Position numbers and translations under genes: made by a program | Origin: a virus | Taxonomy: Duplodnaviria > Caudoviricetes | Reading direction: 5' to 3' (one strand) | DNA: 64,000 nucleotides | Virus record (IMG/VR): IMGVR_UViG_3300012983_000031 | Location: 128,001 to 192,000 of that record | Notes under the pieces: model-generated | The model's database searches: none | Told to the model about the DNA's origin: nothing | The model's input: the letters and a program-made list of their open reading frames with translations, nothing else | Part shown: piece after piece, positions 8,972 to 18,078 of the stretch | How the letters are laid out: the number at the start of each line of letters is the position of its first letter | Numbering within the stretch: position 1 is the first letter of the stretch

Positions 8972-11065
8972 ATGGCTGAAAATACACAGGAAGGAAATAA
9001 ACGGAAACAAAGAAAGATATACTCAACAGAAAGGATCAATTCGCTCATCGAAGAACGAAACAATGGATATGAAATTGATTTTGAACCGTTCTTCATGAGA
9101 GATCTTGATCTTAGAGCGGCTAATATACCGTTCCAGATGACTGAGGAGGAAATGATAGAATATCAAAAATGCTATGATGACCCCCTCTATTATGCGTCTC
9201 ATTATGCAAAGTTCATGACGGATCATGGATTCAGAACAGTAGAGTTGAGAGATTATCAGGTGGAAATAATTGACAAGGCAACAGAAGAAGTGTATGATGA
9301 GGAAAGGGATCTTCTGCTGCCAGTTAACCGCAATATTATACTTTGCTGTAGCAGGCAAACTGGAAAAACGACCACCATCGCCGTATTTCTTTCATGGATG
9401 CTTATCTTTCATATCGACAGGAATATTCTTGTTGTAGCCAATAAGGAAAAGACATCAATAGAGATTGTTGATAAAATTATCAATATATTCAAAGGTCTTC
9501 CATTCTGGTTGAAACCTGGCACAGAAATATGGGCAAAAACACAGCTTAAACTCGATAACGGATCTAAAATACTTTCATCAGCAACAACAAACACAGCATC
9601 AATCGGTTTCACGATCCACTGTGTGCTGCTTGATGAGTTTGCGCATATTCCAGATAATATAGTTAACAACTTCTGGCGTTCAGTTTACCCAACACTTTCT
9701 TCTTCAGATGTATCACAGTGCATCATATGTTCTACACCGAACGGAACTACTAACAAATATTATGATCTTTGGTCTGGAGCACTGGAAAAGAAGAACTCTT
9801 TCATACCAATAAGGGTAGATTACTGGCAGTTCCCAGGACATGATGAGGAGTGGGCTAAGAAGATGAGGGCAGACTTCGGTGAAGATGAGTTCGCGCAGGA
9901 GTTTGAACTTCAGTTCAATAAGAACTCCAGAATGTTGATGAAGGCTGATGACATGAGATTTATCGAACGTATTGCCGTAGAATATGAACAAAAGCACATA
10001 TATATAAACAATCAGTACGTCAACGATGAACATATAACATGGCATCCAGATTTTGATCCTAATGATATAAACGAGAATGATGTGTTTGTTTTCCTTGTTG
10101 ACTTGGCTGAAGGAAACGGCGATCCAGATGAACGTGTTCAATCAAAGAAAAAAACACCAGATGCTAACTCGATACAGATATTAAAGGTTGTTCCAAATTC
10201 ACCAGCGAACTTAAGGCGTTACTCTCATCTTAGTTGCAGGATATCGGACTGCATACGTTTTGTACAGGTTGGAAAATACAAGAACAGTTCTGAGGACGAA
10301 ATACAGTGCGCACGCGTTTGTTCAGCTCTGGCATACAATCTTTTCAAAGATCATGAACGCAATAATGTAAGAGTTATGGTTGAGATGAACTTCAACGGAA
10401 AATCGTTTTTCGAGGAATTCAAGAGACATTCATCATACAGCGGTGCGACGATACAGAAAACATATCACAAGAAACCTATCCCTGGAGAAACGCAGAAAAG
10501 AAAATACGGTTTCAAGACAACCACAAACAAGGAGTATTACTGCAATAAGGGAAACAAGATGATTACAATGAAGCGAACCATTGTCACATGCAAGGAGACA
10601 TTCGATCAGATGAAATCATTCGGTTACATTAAGAGTAAGCTCGGAGGAATATCTTGCCATGATGACCTTTCTCTCCCAATTTTCAATCATATACCCAGAA
10701 TGATCGATGACAGCACATTCATTGGATGGATTGAAGAATACCTGTATTTTAAGACAGATGGAACGAAACTTTATCAGATGAATGAAATCATAAAGCAATG
10801 GGCAATAGACAATCCAGACATGACCGATGATGAATTTACATCTTTGTATGGAATTGAAGAAACTAAATCCTCTATGGTGAACTTCAATGATGTCACATAC
10901 GGACAGACGGAAATGGGATGGCTTGAACCTAGACCGTATGGAAACGCTTATGCTAGTGGATACGGATCCATTTATATCGAAGGAAGCGGTCTTGGGCTTG
11001 GTATGGGAACAATAGGAAGCAGTGTTGGACACCTTACCTACTCTCAAATCGCAGGATTAAAATAA
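8972..11065 (+). CDS. terL: terminase large subunit (T4 gp17-like)
   Basis: LRDYQ, Walker A SRQTGKTT, Walker B LLDEFAH, STPNG coupling motif, FAQEF, and C-terminal HDD nuclease motif. Confidence 0.92.
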   Translation: MAENTQEGNKRKQRKIYSTERINSLIEERNNGYEIDFEPFFMRDLDLRAANIPFQMTEEEMIEYQKCYDDPLYYASHYAKFMTDHGFRTVELRDYQVEIIDKATEEVYDEERDLLLPVNRNIILCCSRQTGKTTTIAVFLSWMLIFHIDRNILVVANKEKTSIEIVDKIINIFKGLPFWLKPGTEIWAKTQLKLDNGSKILSSATTNTASIGFTIHCVLLDEFAHIPDNIVNNFWRSVYPTLSSSDVSQCIICSTPNGTTNKYYDLWSGALEKKNSFIPIRVDYWQFPGHDEEWAKKMRADFGEDEFAQEFELQFNKNSRMLMKADDMRFIERIAVEYEQKHIYINNQYVNDEHITWHPDFDPNDINENDVFVFLVDLAEGNGDPDERVQSKKKTPDANSIQILKVVPNSPANLRRYSHLSCRISDCIRFVQVGKYKNSSEDEIQCARVCSALAYNLFKDHERNNVRVMVEMNFNGKSFFEEFKRHSSYSGATIQKTYHKKPIPGETQKRKYGFKTTTNKEYYCNKGNKMITMKRTIVTCKETFDQMKSFGYIKSKLGGISCHDDLSLPIFNHIPRMIDDSTFIGWIEEYLYFKTDGTKLYQMNEIIKQWAIDNPDMTDDEFTSLYGIEETKSSMVNFNDVTYGQTEMGWLEPRPYGNAYASGYGSIYIEGSGLGLGMGTIGSSVGHLTYSQIAGLK

Positions 11066-11134
11066 TTTTTTCATGAATATTTTTGTTATGTGAAATAAAA
11101 GTTGTATCTTTGCAATATAAAAATACAAACAATA

Positions 11135-11938
11135 ATGAAAATAATATCAAAATACAAGGATTTCTATGATTACCTGACACAGGATCATGACGCAGACCTG
11201 ATGTTCGTCAGAGATGTTAACGTGCATTATGAATATCTTGATGATATGTTCAGGAGAGATGGTGACAGGATACCATATTATTTCAAGGCATATGGATATT
11301 CAACATACTTCATGTCTAAAGAGAAAGAGGGTATGGTATATGTTGATCAATATATATTTGGTGTATATCCATATGTGTACTCTCAACCTGTAATAAGGGT
11401 GATGTATTCTGATGATAAAAATATGAACAAGTATCTGAAATTCATTGCACCAAATGAAATTATTGACGGATGCATTCAAAATGATAAAAATTCTATAAAA
11501 GAACTTGAATCTATTGCGCAGCAGGAAATTGACAATCTTGAACTTAATCATAAAGTTGTTGCCATTGTTCCAAACGAAATAGATAAAATCATCAAAAATA
11601 ATACGTGGAAGCATGAATGTAAGGATATTTTCTTCAAGCTTAGTTCGCCAGTGTTTACAAAATATTACAGAGACGTGTTTGAAAAGACAGTGTATGAAAA
11701 TGTAACAAAAGGTGACAGCATTAAAAATCCGATTCATTATATAAGCGGAATATGCTTTAATAAGCTGAATAAGAATATCACAAAGTATTGGTTTGATGAA
11801 CTTAATGATCTCAATACATATATAAATATAGAGAATTTTCTCTGGAGTTCGAAGCAGGAACCAATATCAAACCCCGATAACAACACAAAAATAGTGTCAC
11901 ATGGATTTGATTTGAAAACATCTTTCAGAAAAATGTGA
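11135..11938 (+). CDS. hypothetical phage protein
   Basis: MKIISKYKDFYDY...HGFDLKTSFRK; own TAnnTTTG promoter. Confidence 0.65.
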   Translation: MKIISKYKDFYDYLTQDHDADLMFVRDVNVHYEYLDDMFRRDGDRIPYYFKAYGYSTYFMSKEKEGMVYVDQYIFGVYPYVYSQPVIRVMYSDDKNMNKYLKFIAPNEIIDGCIQNDKNSIKELESIAQQEIDNLELNHKVVAIVPNEIDKIIKNNTWKHECKDIFFKLSSPVFTKYYRDVFEKTVYENVTKGDSIKNPIHYISGICFNKLNKNITKYWFDELNDLNTYINIENFLWSSKQEPISNPDNNTKIVSHGFDLKTSFRKM

Positions 11939-11977
11939 GATAAATATAAGGTACGAACAAAACAAAAACAATATACA

Positions 11978-12547
11978 ATGGCAAAAACTGTTAAGAAAAA
12001 TGAAGCTAAGGCAAAGGAAACTGCAGCACCAAAGAAAAGTGTTGTGGAAAATGTTGTTGCCGAAAGCAAACAGGACGAAAAGGTAATCAGCCTTGAGTCC
12101 GCAGAAAAGATTGAATCAACCGATGTATCGGAAATCATCAACAACGAAACAACTGAGGAATTTACAAACCTTAACACGGAAATCGTTGAAGAAGGAATCG
12201 TTAATCTTGAAGGTGAAACCAAAGACGAAAGTGAAACATTAAACGAAACAGAAGATACACAAAGTGAAACAACCGATGAATCATCAGATGATGATCAGCC
12301 ACAGGAAACACCAGTGGAGGAATACGCATCACTTCCAGAAGATATTTGGGTTGACGAACCTGTGACGTTAGATCCTACAATCTTTGAGAGAATCCCTGTG
12401 TATCCTATCACACCGAAATACACAGCGTGCCCTCCGACGGCGTTAACAAAAGTGTCACCTTCCGATACACCAAAATATAATGCACAATGTCCACCTAAGC
12501 CAGATACGGAAAAAGCAAAGTCATATGTTGCACAAAGACCGTATTAA
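11978..12547 (+). CDS. acidic low-complexity protein
   Basis: E/T-rich with a Pro-rich C-terminus; ATAAATA upstream. Confidence 0.6.
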   Translation: MAKTVKKNEAKAKETAAPKKSVVENVVAESKQDEKVISLESAEKIESTDVSEIINNETTEEFTNLNTEIVEEGIVNLEGETKDESETLNETEDTQSETTDESSDDDQPQETPVEEYASLPEDIWVDEPVTLDPTIFERIPVYPITPKYTACPPTALTKVSPSDTPKYNAQCPPKPDTEKAKSYVAQRPY

Positions 12548-12674
12548 TTGGCAAAAATAAAAAAAATAATGGTGGATCGTAAAAAATTCACCATTTTATT
12601 TTTCTATGTGAGAAAAAAGTTGTAACTTTGCAACAGATTTGAATAAATATAACGTTCTTTGACAATGAAAACAT

Positions 12675-12748
12675 CGCGGGGTGGAGCAGTTGGTAGCTCG
12701 CCAGGCTCATAACCTGGAGGTCGCAGGTTCGATTCCTGCCCACCGCAA
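12675..12748 (+). tRNA. tRNA-fMet(CAT)
   Basis: Cloverleaf, C1:A72 mismatch, CTCATAA loop. Confidence 0.88.
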
Positions 12749-12757
12749 CTAAGATGC

Positions 12758-12830
12758 GCCTCAATAGCACAGTGGCTAGTGCAGCTGATTTGTAATCAGC
12801 AGGTCGTTGGTTCGAATCCGACTTGAGGCT
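12758..12830 (+). tRNA. tRNA-Thr(TGT)
   Basis: Cloverleaf; GCTGA-TTTGTAA-TCAGC. Confidence 0.9.
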
Positions 12831-12868
12831 CAAATCCAAACTACCGAATGAGGATAATAATAAATTCG

Positions 12869-13094
12869 GCTGATATAGACGAAACTATCAGATGTAGCAT
12901 TAGCATCGGTTACTGGAACGAGTGGTGATCGTAAACAGATTAATAAACGTATAAGCCTGATGTGAATAACACAAAAGTTAGACGTGGGTGCAGTTTATGT
13001 TTCAAGAAAACGCTGAAATTGAAAGTCGTAACCAGCGATGTTGGTTTAATCTACTGCCCAGAACAACAAGATAAAAACTCAATACGATATCAGC
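12869..13094 (+). ncRNA. candidate structured ncRNA between tRNAs
   Basis: Closing stem GCTGATAT/ATATCAGC plus inner CATCGGTTAC/GTAACCAGCGATG pairing; no ORF. Confidence 0.4.
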
Positions 13095-13098
13095 ACAC

Positions 13099-13173
13099 GG
13101 GGGATTAGCTCAGTTTGGCTAGAGCACCTGCTTTGCACGCAGGGGGTCATCGGTTCGAGTCCGATATCCTCCA
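13099..13173 (+). tRNA. tRNA-Ala(TGC)
   Basis: Cloverleaf with G3:U70. Confidence 0.9.
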
Positions 13174-13219
13174 CAAAATATGACAGTTTAGAGAAATTGT
13201 TCATTAATTTATGCATCAG

Positions 13220-13293
13220 TGTGTATTAGTTCAGCTGGTTAGAATGCCTGCCTGTCACGCAGGAGGTCACGGGTTCGAGTCCCGTATGCACAG
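13220..13293 (+). tRNA. tRNA-Asp(GTC)
   Basis: Cloverleaf; CTGTCAC loop. Confidence 0.9.
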
Positions 13294-13352
13294 CAAATCT
13301 TTGTCATTTTTGCCTACCTCGAAAAAGAGGATGACTTTTTTGACAAGAATAT

Positions 13353-13500
13353 GGAAGACATACAGCAAAACTTTGAATAAACTTCCTAGATTCAATTTTG
13401 TTTAACTATGGCAAAAACTTTAGTCTTCTGATTATTTAAGGCACGCGTACAGCAAAAAAACTTTTATTTTCATTTTGGGATCAAAAAAGTTTGCGTGCTG
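13353..13500 (+). ncRNA. two tandem stem-RTACAGCAAAA-stem RNAs (possibly skipping-rope-like motif)
   Basis: GGAAGAC-ATACAGCAAAA...GTCTTCTG and GGCACGC-GTACAGCAAAA...GCGTGCTG, with covarying stems. Confidence 0.55.
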
Positions 13501-13505
13501 TTTTT

Positions 13506-13579
13506 AGGGTAGTATTTCAGTTGGTTAGAATTCTGCATTTGGGATGCAGAGGTCGCACGTTCGAGTCGTGTCTACCCTA
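13506..13579 (+). tRNA. tRNA-Pro(TGG)
   Basis: Cloverleaf; CTGCA-TTTGGGA-TGCAG. Confidence 0.88.
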
Positions 13580-13586
13580 CTACATC

Positions 13587-13682
13587 GGAGGGATAAGCCT
13601 AATTGGTAAGGCAGTGGTCTTGAAAACCACCAGTAATCAACTAAGACTTGATGTGTCGGTTCGAGTCCGACTCCCTCCTCCA
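13587..13682 (+). tRNA. tRNA-Ser(TGA)
   Basis: Long variable arm; encoded CCA. Confidence 0.85.
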
Positions 13683-13687
13683 GGAGA

Positions 13688-13778
13688 GGTGGGTTACCCA
13701 AGTTGGTGAAGGGGGGACATTGCTAACGTCCTAGGTCAGCTAATACCTGGCGCGGGGGTTCGAGTCCCTCACCCACCG
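13688..13778 (+). tRNA. tRNA-Ser(GCT)
   Basis: Long variable arm; G73. Confidence 0.85.
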
Positions 13779-13868
13779 CAACAAAATAACAAACATATGA
13801 TGAACTTCATAAAACATAAGAAACAATAGTTCATCCGTAACCAGATGAGTTATGGATGAATGATTTAT

Positions 13869-13941
13869 GTATCCATAGCTCAGTAGGTAGAGCAACAGAC
13901 CTTTAATCTGTGGGTCGAGAGTTCGAGTCTCTCTGGATACA
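13869..13941 (+). tRNA. tRNA-Lys(TTT), atypical C33
   Basis: ACAGA-CCTTTAA-TCTGT anticodon arm. Confidence 0.85.
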
Positions 13942-13962
13942 CAAAAGACACTAATGTGAAGC

Positions 13963-14943
13963 ATGAACAAAAATTCTACAATTCGTTCAGCACAGGTAAC
14001 AAAGAATGATGAGTTCTATACACAAACAAAAGATATTGAAAAGGAACTCCAATACTATGTAAAACATTTCAATGGAAAAATTGTTCTATGCAATTGTAAC
14101 GATGCAACGCATGATGGGTTTGCAAAGTATTTCAGCGCAAATTTTGAAAAGCTAGGTCTTAAGGAACTTATCTGCACATCATTTTCAAAGGATGGGCATG
14201 GTAGGATATATAGATATTATGGAATAAAAAACGGAAACATTGTTCCTGATATAGATGAATTGGAACAAACAGAAATGGAAGGAAACGGAGGGTTCAATAC
14301 AATTGAAGGAATTGAACTCATAAAGAAATCTGATATTATCGTAACAAACCCGCCATTCTCACTGTTTAGAGAATTTATATCCATCCTGGAGAAGTACAAT
14401 AAAAAATATCTTATCATGTCAAACGGAAACGCAGTGACATATAACGATATATTTCCGTTAATAAAGGATAATAAAATGTGGTTGGGTTGCACCCTTTTTG
14501 TTGGTGAAATGCCATTCTTCAGGGTGAATAATGACACAGACGTATCAAAGGGTGAATATTATTATGATGATGACGGGAACTTATATAAACAAGTTAACAG
14601 CATTGCGTGGTTTACAAATCTTGATCACAATAAAAGGCATAAACAAATTGAATTGTATAAAAAATATAACCCTGATGAATATCAGAAATATGACAATTAT
14701 GATGCAATAAATGTTGGAAAGACAAAAAATATTCCTATGGATTACGATGGTGTGATGGGTGTACCTATTACATTTTTGTCAAAGTATTGTCCAGAACAAT
14801 TTGAAATAGTTGATTGCAGAAATTATACATCTAATGATCATTTGAAAAATAAACCGTCATTGCTGATTAAAGATTCAGCAAGCGCAATAAACGGTAAACC
14901 TGTATATGCAAGAATAGCGATTAAACGAATTCCGAATAAATAA
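13963..14943 (+). CDS. adenine-specific DNA methyltransferase, EcoRI_methylase family
   Basis: KNDEFYT, DIIVTNPPFSLFRE and IPMDYDGVMGVPITF motifs; no cognate endonuclease adjacent. Confidence 0.85.
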   Translation: MNKNSTIRSAQVTKNDEFYTQTKDIEKELQYYVKHFNGKIVLCNCNDATHDGFAKYFSANFEKLGLKELICTSFSKDGHGRIYRYYGIKNGNIVPDIDELEQTEMEGNGGFNTIEGIELIKKSDIIVTNPPFSLFREFISILEKYNKKYLIMSNGNAVTYNDIFPLIKDNKMWLGCTLFVGEMPFFRVNNDTDVSKGEYYYDDDGNLYKQVNSIAWFTNLDHNKRHKQIELYKKYNPDEYQKYDNYDAINVGKTKNIPMDYDGVMGVPITFLSKYCPEQFEIVDCRNYTSNDHLKNKPSLLIKDSASAINGKPVYARIAIKRIPNK

Positions 14944-14961
14944 AAGAAAAAACAATATACT

Positions 14962-15186
14962 ATGAGCTGGTTTACTGAAAGCAACCGTAAAAAGCATTTC
15001 TTCTATGGCATCCCTGTTGGGTTCGTGTTTACGATCCTTTGCGCTCTTGGTGTTGCATCTGGAATGGAGTTTAAGGATAAGCTATATGGAAACAAATGGG
15101 ATTGGATTGACTGGTCGATGACAATGGCAGGAGGTCTTGTCGGACAGATTTTGCAGGCTGTTATTTTATACTTTATATTTAAGTAG
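14962..15186 (+). CDS. small membrane protein
   Basis: Two hydrophobic helices; EFKDKLYGNKWDWID. Confidence 0.65.
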   Translation: MSWFTESNRKKHFFYGIPVGFVFTILCALGVASGMEFKDKLYGNKWDWIDWSMTMAGGLVGQILQAVILYFIFK

Positions 15187-15439
15187 ATCGGAGCAGCAAA
15201 CATTCGAAATATACAATTGAACATTCAATGAAAGAAGCAAAAAATATAAAACAAAAATAGAATTTAAAGCATAAATGAGGGATGCCTTACGATATATAAT
15301 TTGAGAATTGGTGGCGATTTTGAAAAACTACGGCTAATCAAAAAAAGAGCCGTATTTTTGCAAAAAAAATAATCTAATGCTTATATAATGTACTAAACGA
15401 TAAAAATTTTTTCGTGTTTGAATTAATTTTTATCGTTTT

Positions 15440-15480
15440 TTCTTTTCTATGTCAAATAAAAGTTGTAACTTTGCAACATC
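15440..15480 (+). promoter_or_regulatory. Bacteroidota housekeeping-sigma promoter driving the TnpB/Cas12-like gene
   Basis: TAACTTTG (-7 TAnnTTTG) at 15466-15473, in the same context as the other phage promoters. Confidence 0.7.
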
Positions 15481-15514
15481 AAACGAAATTAATAACTCAT
15501 AAATTAAAAAGAAT

Positions 15515-16789
15515 ATGGCTAATATCGCTGTCAAGTACAGAATATATCCTACCAAAGCACAAAGGAATTTTATTAATAAAAACATTGGTGCGAACAGATG
15601 GTTCTGGAACTATTGCATCGAGAAGAAGCAGAACGCTTATATTGAAAGCAAAAGAACAGGTGATAAAGCGTTGGCACGTATTGATGGTCAAACATTACGT
15701 GGTCATGTTAAAACATTAAAAGAAGAAGAAGAGACAAAATGGTTAAAGGATGTAAAGTTAAATTCCTTTAATTATGTTGTTGAACATTTTGATGAAGCAT
15801 ATAAAAGGTTTTTTGAAAAAAAAGCTGGAAAGCCAAAGAAGCATAAAAGAACAAGATCTGGCGCATTCACAACTCAAATTACTAAAGCTAGAAATATAGA
15901 AAATCTTATTGATTATAAGAATAATCGTATATATCTTGGTAAATTTATCAAAAACGAAAATGGTGAACCAGAACGTTTTGTAAAAGCCAAGATTCATAGA
16001 AAGGTTGATGGTACAATCATGAACATGACAATATCAAAAGATATTGATAATAGATACTATATATCTTTTTGTTTGAAGGTTGATGATTGGAAAAAGCCAA
16101 AGTCTCCAACATTAGATGGAACTATTGGTATAGATATGGGAATGTCAGAGGCTGGCGCTCTTTACGGATCTGATTTAAAAGTTAGATATGGATCTGATAA
16201 TATTGCTGGACTAACGGATAAAATAAACCGTATGGAAAGGCATTTAAAGAAATGGAGCAAAATAAAGTCAAAACGTTATAGCATTGAACGTAAGAAAAAA
16301 CGTACAGGGCAATCCAAAGGATATGTTGAAGCTGTTGAAAAATGTGCTGTTATACAATGCAAAATAAATCGTTTAAAATCTTATATAACTCATATGATGA
16401 CATCATCGATTGTGCATTGTGAGAATATTGATTCAATCGCAATAGAATCTTTGGATGTTAAAGAGATGATCGAGAAAAAGACAACAAACAATTTAAAAGA
16501 ACAAAAGGCTCGCAAGAGGAGAGCAAGAAGAAACCGCATCGTTCGTCTTGGCGAAATTTCCAGGCAACTTGAGTATAAAGCTGAAATAAATGGAAAGAAT
16601 TTTGTTAAAATTAATAAATGGTACCCATCTTCAAAAACATGTTCAGTGTGTGGATATAAAAATGATAATCTGAAATTAACTGACAGGTCTTGGGTTTGCC
16701 CTCACTGTCATACAGAACATCATAGAGATTTCAATGCTGCTGAAAATATTAAAAATGAAGGGTACAGGATGTTAACAAGTAAGAATTGA
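15515..16789 (+). CDS. tnpB: TnpB / miniature Cas12(f)-like RNA-guided RuvC nuclease, CRISPR-associated
   Basis: N-terminal KYRIYPT HTH_OrfB; RuvC-I GIDMG; RuvC-II AIESL; YPSSKTCSVC...CPHC zinc finger; RuvC-III RDFNAAENI. Confidence 0.92.
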   Translation: MANIAVKYRIYPTKAQRNFINKNIGANRWFWNYCIEKKQNAYIESKRTGDKALARIDGQTLRGHVKTLKEEEETKWLKDVKLNSFNYVVEHFDEAYKRFFEKKAGKPKKHKRTRSGAFTTQITKARNIENLIDYKNNRIYLGKFIKNENGEPERFVKAKIHRKVDGTIMNMTISKDIDNRYYISFCLKVDDWKKPKSPTLDGTIGIDMGMSEAGALYGSDLKVRYGSDNIAGLTDKINRMERHLKKWSKIKSKRYSIERKKKRTGQSKGYVEAVEKCAVIQCKINRLKSYITHMMTSSIVHCENIDSIAIESLDVKEMIEKKTTNNLKEQKARKRRARRNRIVRLGEISRQLEYKAEINGKNFVKINKWYPSSKTCSVCGYKNDNLKLTDRSWVCPHCHTEHHRDFNAAENIKNEGYRMLTSKN

Positions 16790-16819
16790 TCATAATATAA
16801 AACGTTGGTCGCGTTTCAG

Positions 16820-17025
16820 ACCCTACCCGTGTGTAGCGGGAATGTAATGTCCGTGGACAGATTTGTCGATTTAATCGATTGAACTTTTGTTCAACAGTGG
16901 CGTTCTTGATACATTTGTAATCGTAGAATAGTTGCGGAATGTGATTTGAAGCGGAAAAAATGAAATGACATCGGTCATTTCACCAAGCAGAACGTAAGTT
17001 CTGTATACAATATTTCTCCATAGCT
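16820..17025 (+). ncRNA. omegaRNA-derived, tracrRNA-like scaffold with anti-repeat
   Basis: TnpB right-end RNA-like signature CTACCCG..CGGGAATGTAATGTCCGTGGA...TGAAGCGGAAA. Hairpins at 16961-16982 and 16988-17003 (GUAA loop). 17008-17022 matches the repeat reverse complement at 13/15. Confidence 0.65.
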
Positions 17026-17055
17026 CTTTGATATACACAATGTTATACAACATAA

Positions 17056-17532
17056 GCTGTTTATTATGGCGAAATGTTGGATGGTTACAACTTAAACCAC
17101 ATGAATGATGATGATCCAGCGCTGTTTATTATGGCGAAATGTTGGATGGTTACAACTACGGGACAGTTCAAGAGAATAAATGATGGCTGTTTATTATGGC
17201 GAAATGTTGGATGGTTACAACGATATTCATAAGGCTCCTTCCTGTTCTAAGCTGTTTATTGTGGCGAAATGTTGGATGGTTACAACCCTACGATCTTTAA
17301 GCCATCTTTCATTGATGCTGTTTATTGTGGCGAAATGTTGGATGGTTACAACAGACAGTTGCACCAGATGACTGTTTATTGTGGCGAAATGTTGGATGGT
17401 TACAACTAACCCATTCGCCTCCTTGATGACGAGCCAGCTGTTTATTATGGTGAAATGTTGGATGGTTACAACTAGGATTTCTCCCTTCAGATTCTTGCTG
17501 TTTATTGTGGCAAAATGTTGGATTGTTACAAC
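17056..17532 (+). CRISPR. CRISPR array: 8 repeats of 36 bp (GCTGTTTATTRTGGCGAAATGTTGGATGGTTACAAC), 7 spacers
   Basis: Repeats start at 17056, 17121, 17186, 17251, 17317, 17371, 17437 and 17497. Spacers are 29, 29, 29, 30, 18, 30 and 24 nt. Repeats degenerate toward the right end. Confidence 0.97.
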
Positions 17533-17576
17533 CAAAAATAAATATCAAAAGCCAAAAAACAAACCAATAAATTAAA

Positions 17577-17888
17577 ATGGCAGCTATTCAAGAAATTTTT
17601 AATGCAGCGTTTTGGTACATGGCACCAATTCTTGTTGCGCTTTCTACAACTGTTACGGGTCTTGTGAATCAATGGTTCAAAATCCCTGATAAGTTTAAGC
17701 AACTTGCATCCTGGATTGTGGGCGCAGTTCTTTCCTGTGGAGCAATCTTCTTTGGATTCCTTGGTGAAAGCATAGGATGGCCAAGTTACATTGCGTTAAG
17801 CATCGTCGTGGGTCTATCATCAAATGGTATCTATGACATTGAAGCTATTAAGAAAATTATAGATTCATGGTTTAATAAGAAGAAATAA
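17577..17888 (+). CDS. holin-like membrane protein
   Basis: Three TM helices, GLSSNGIYD, basic C-terminus. Confidence 0.6.
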   Translation: MAAIQEIFNAAFWYMAPILVALSTTVTGLVNQWFKIPDKFKQLASWIVGAVLSCGAIFFGFLGESIGWPSYIALSIVVGLSSNGIYDIEAIKKIIDSWFNKKK

Positions 17889-18078
17889 TTTCATTCAATA
17901 ATAGCGTTTTCGATCCGTTGTCATCTTACAATGGGTCGATTTTTTTATTTTTTCGTTAAAATGTTTTTCTATGTCGAAAATAAGTTGTATCTTTGCAACG
18001 GAATTAAAAATAATTACAAAATGAATATCTCATATGTTCTTAGAGAGTTCAGATGTTACATTAATTGTAAGTTGAAAC

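Noticed and set aside
12588-13970. Short ORFs across the tRNA clusters (also 21083-21563 and 24758-24982)
   Set aside because: They are shadow frames of tRNA genes.
15515-16983. Ordinary mobile IS200/IS605 element ending at TTCAC
   Set aside because: There is no transposase and the gene has a phage-type promoter. The scaffold continues into an anti-repeat, and TGTAAT complements the repeat rather than TCAC. Not fully excluded without homologue data.
17287-17316. 12-nt match of spacer 4 (reverse complement AATGAAAGATGG) near 29567
   Set aside because: Too short; plausible by chance in AT-rich DNA.
17180-17575. ORFs with repeated VVTIQHFATINS / LFIVAKCWMVTT peptides
   Set aside because: They are translations of the CRISPR repeats, not genes.
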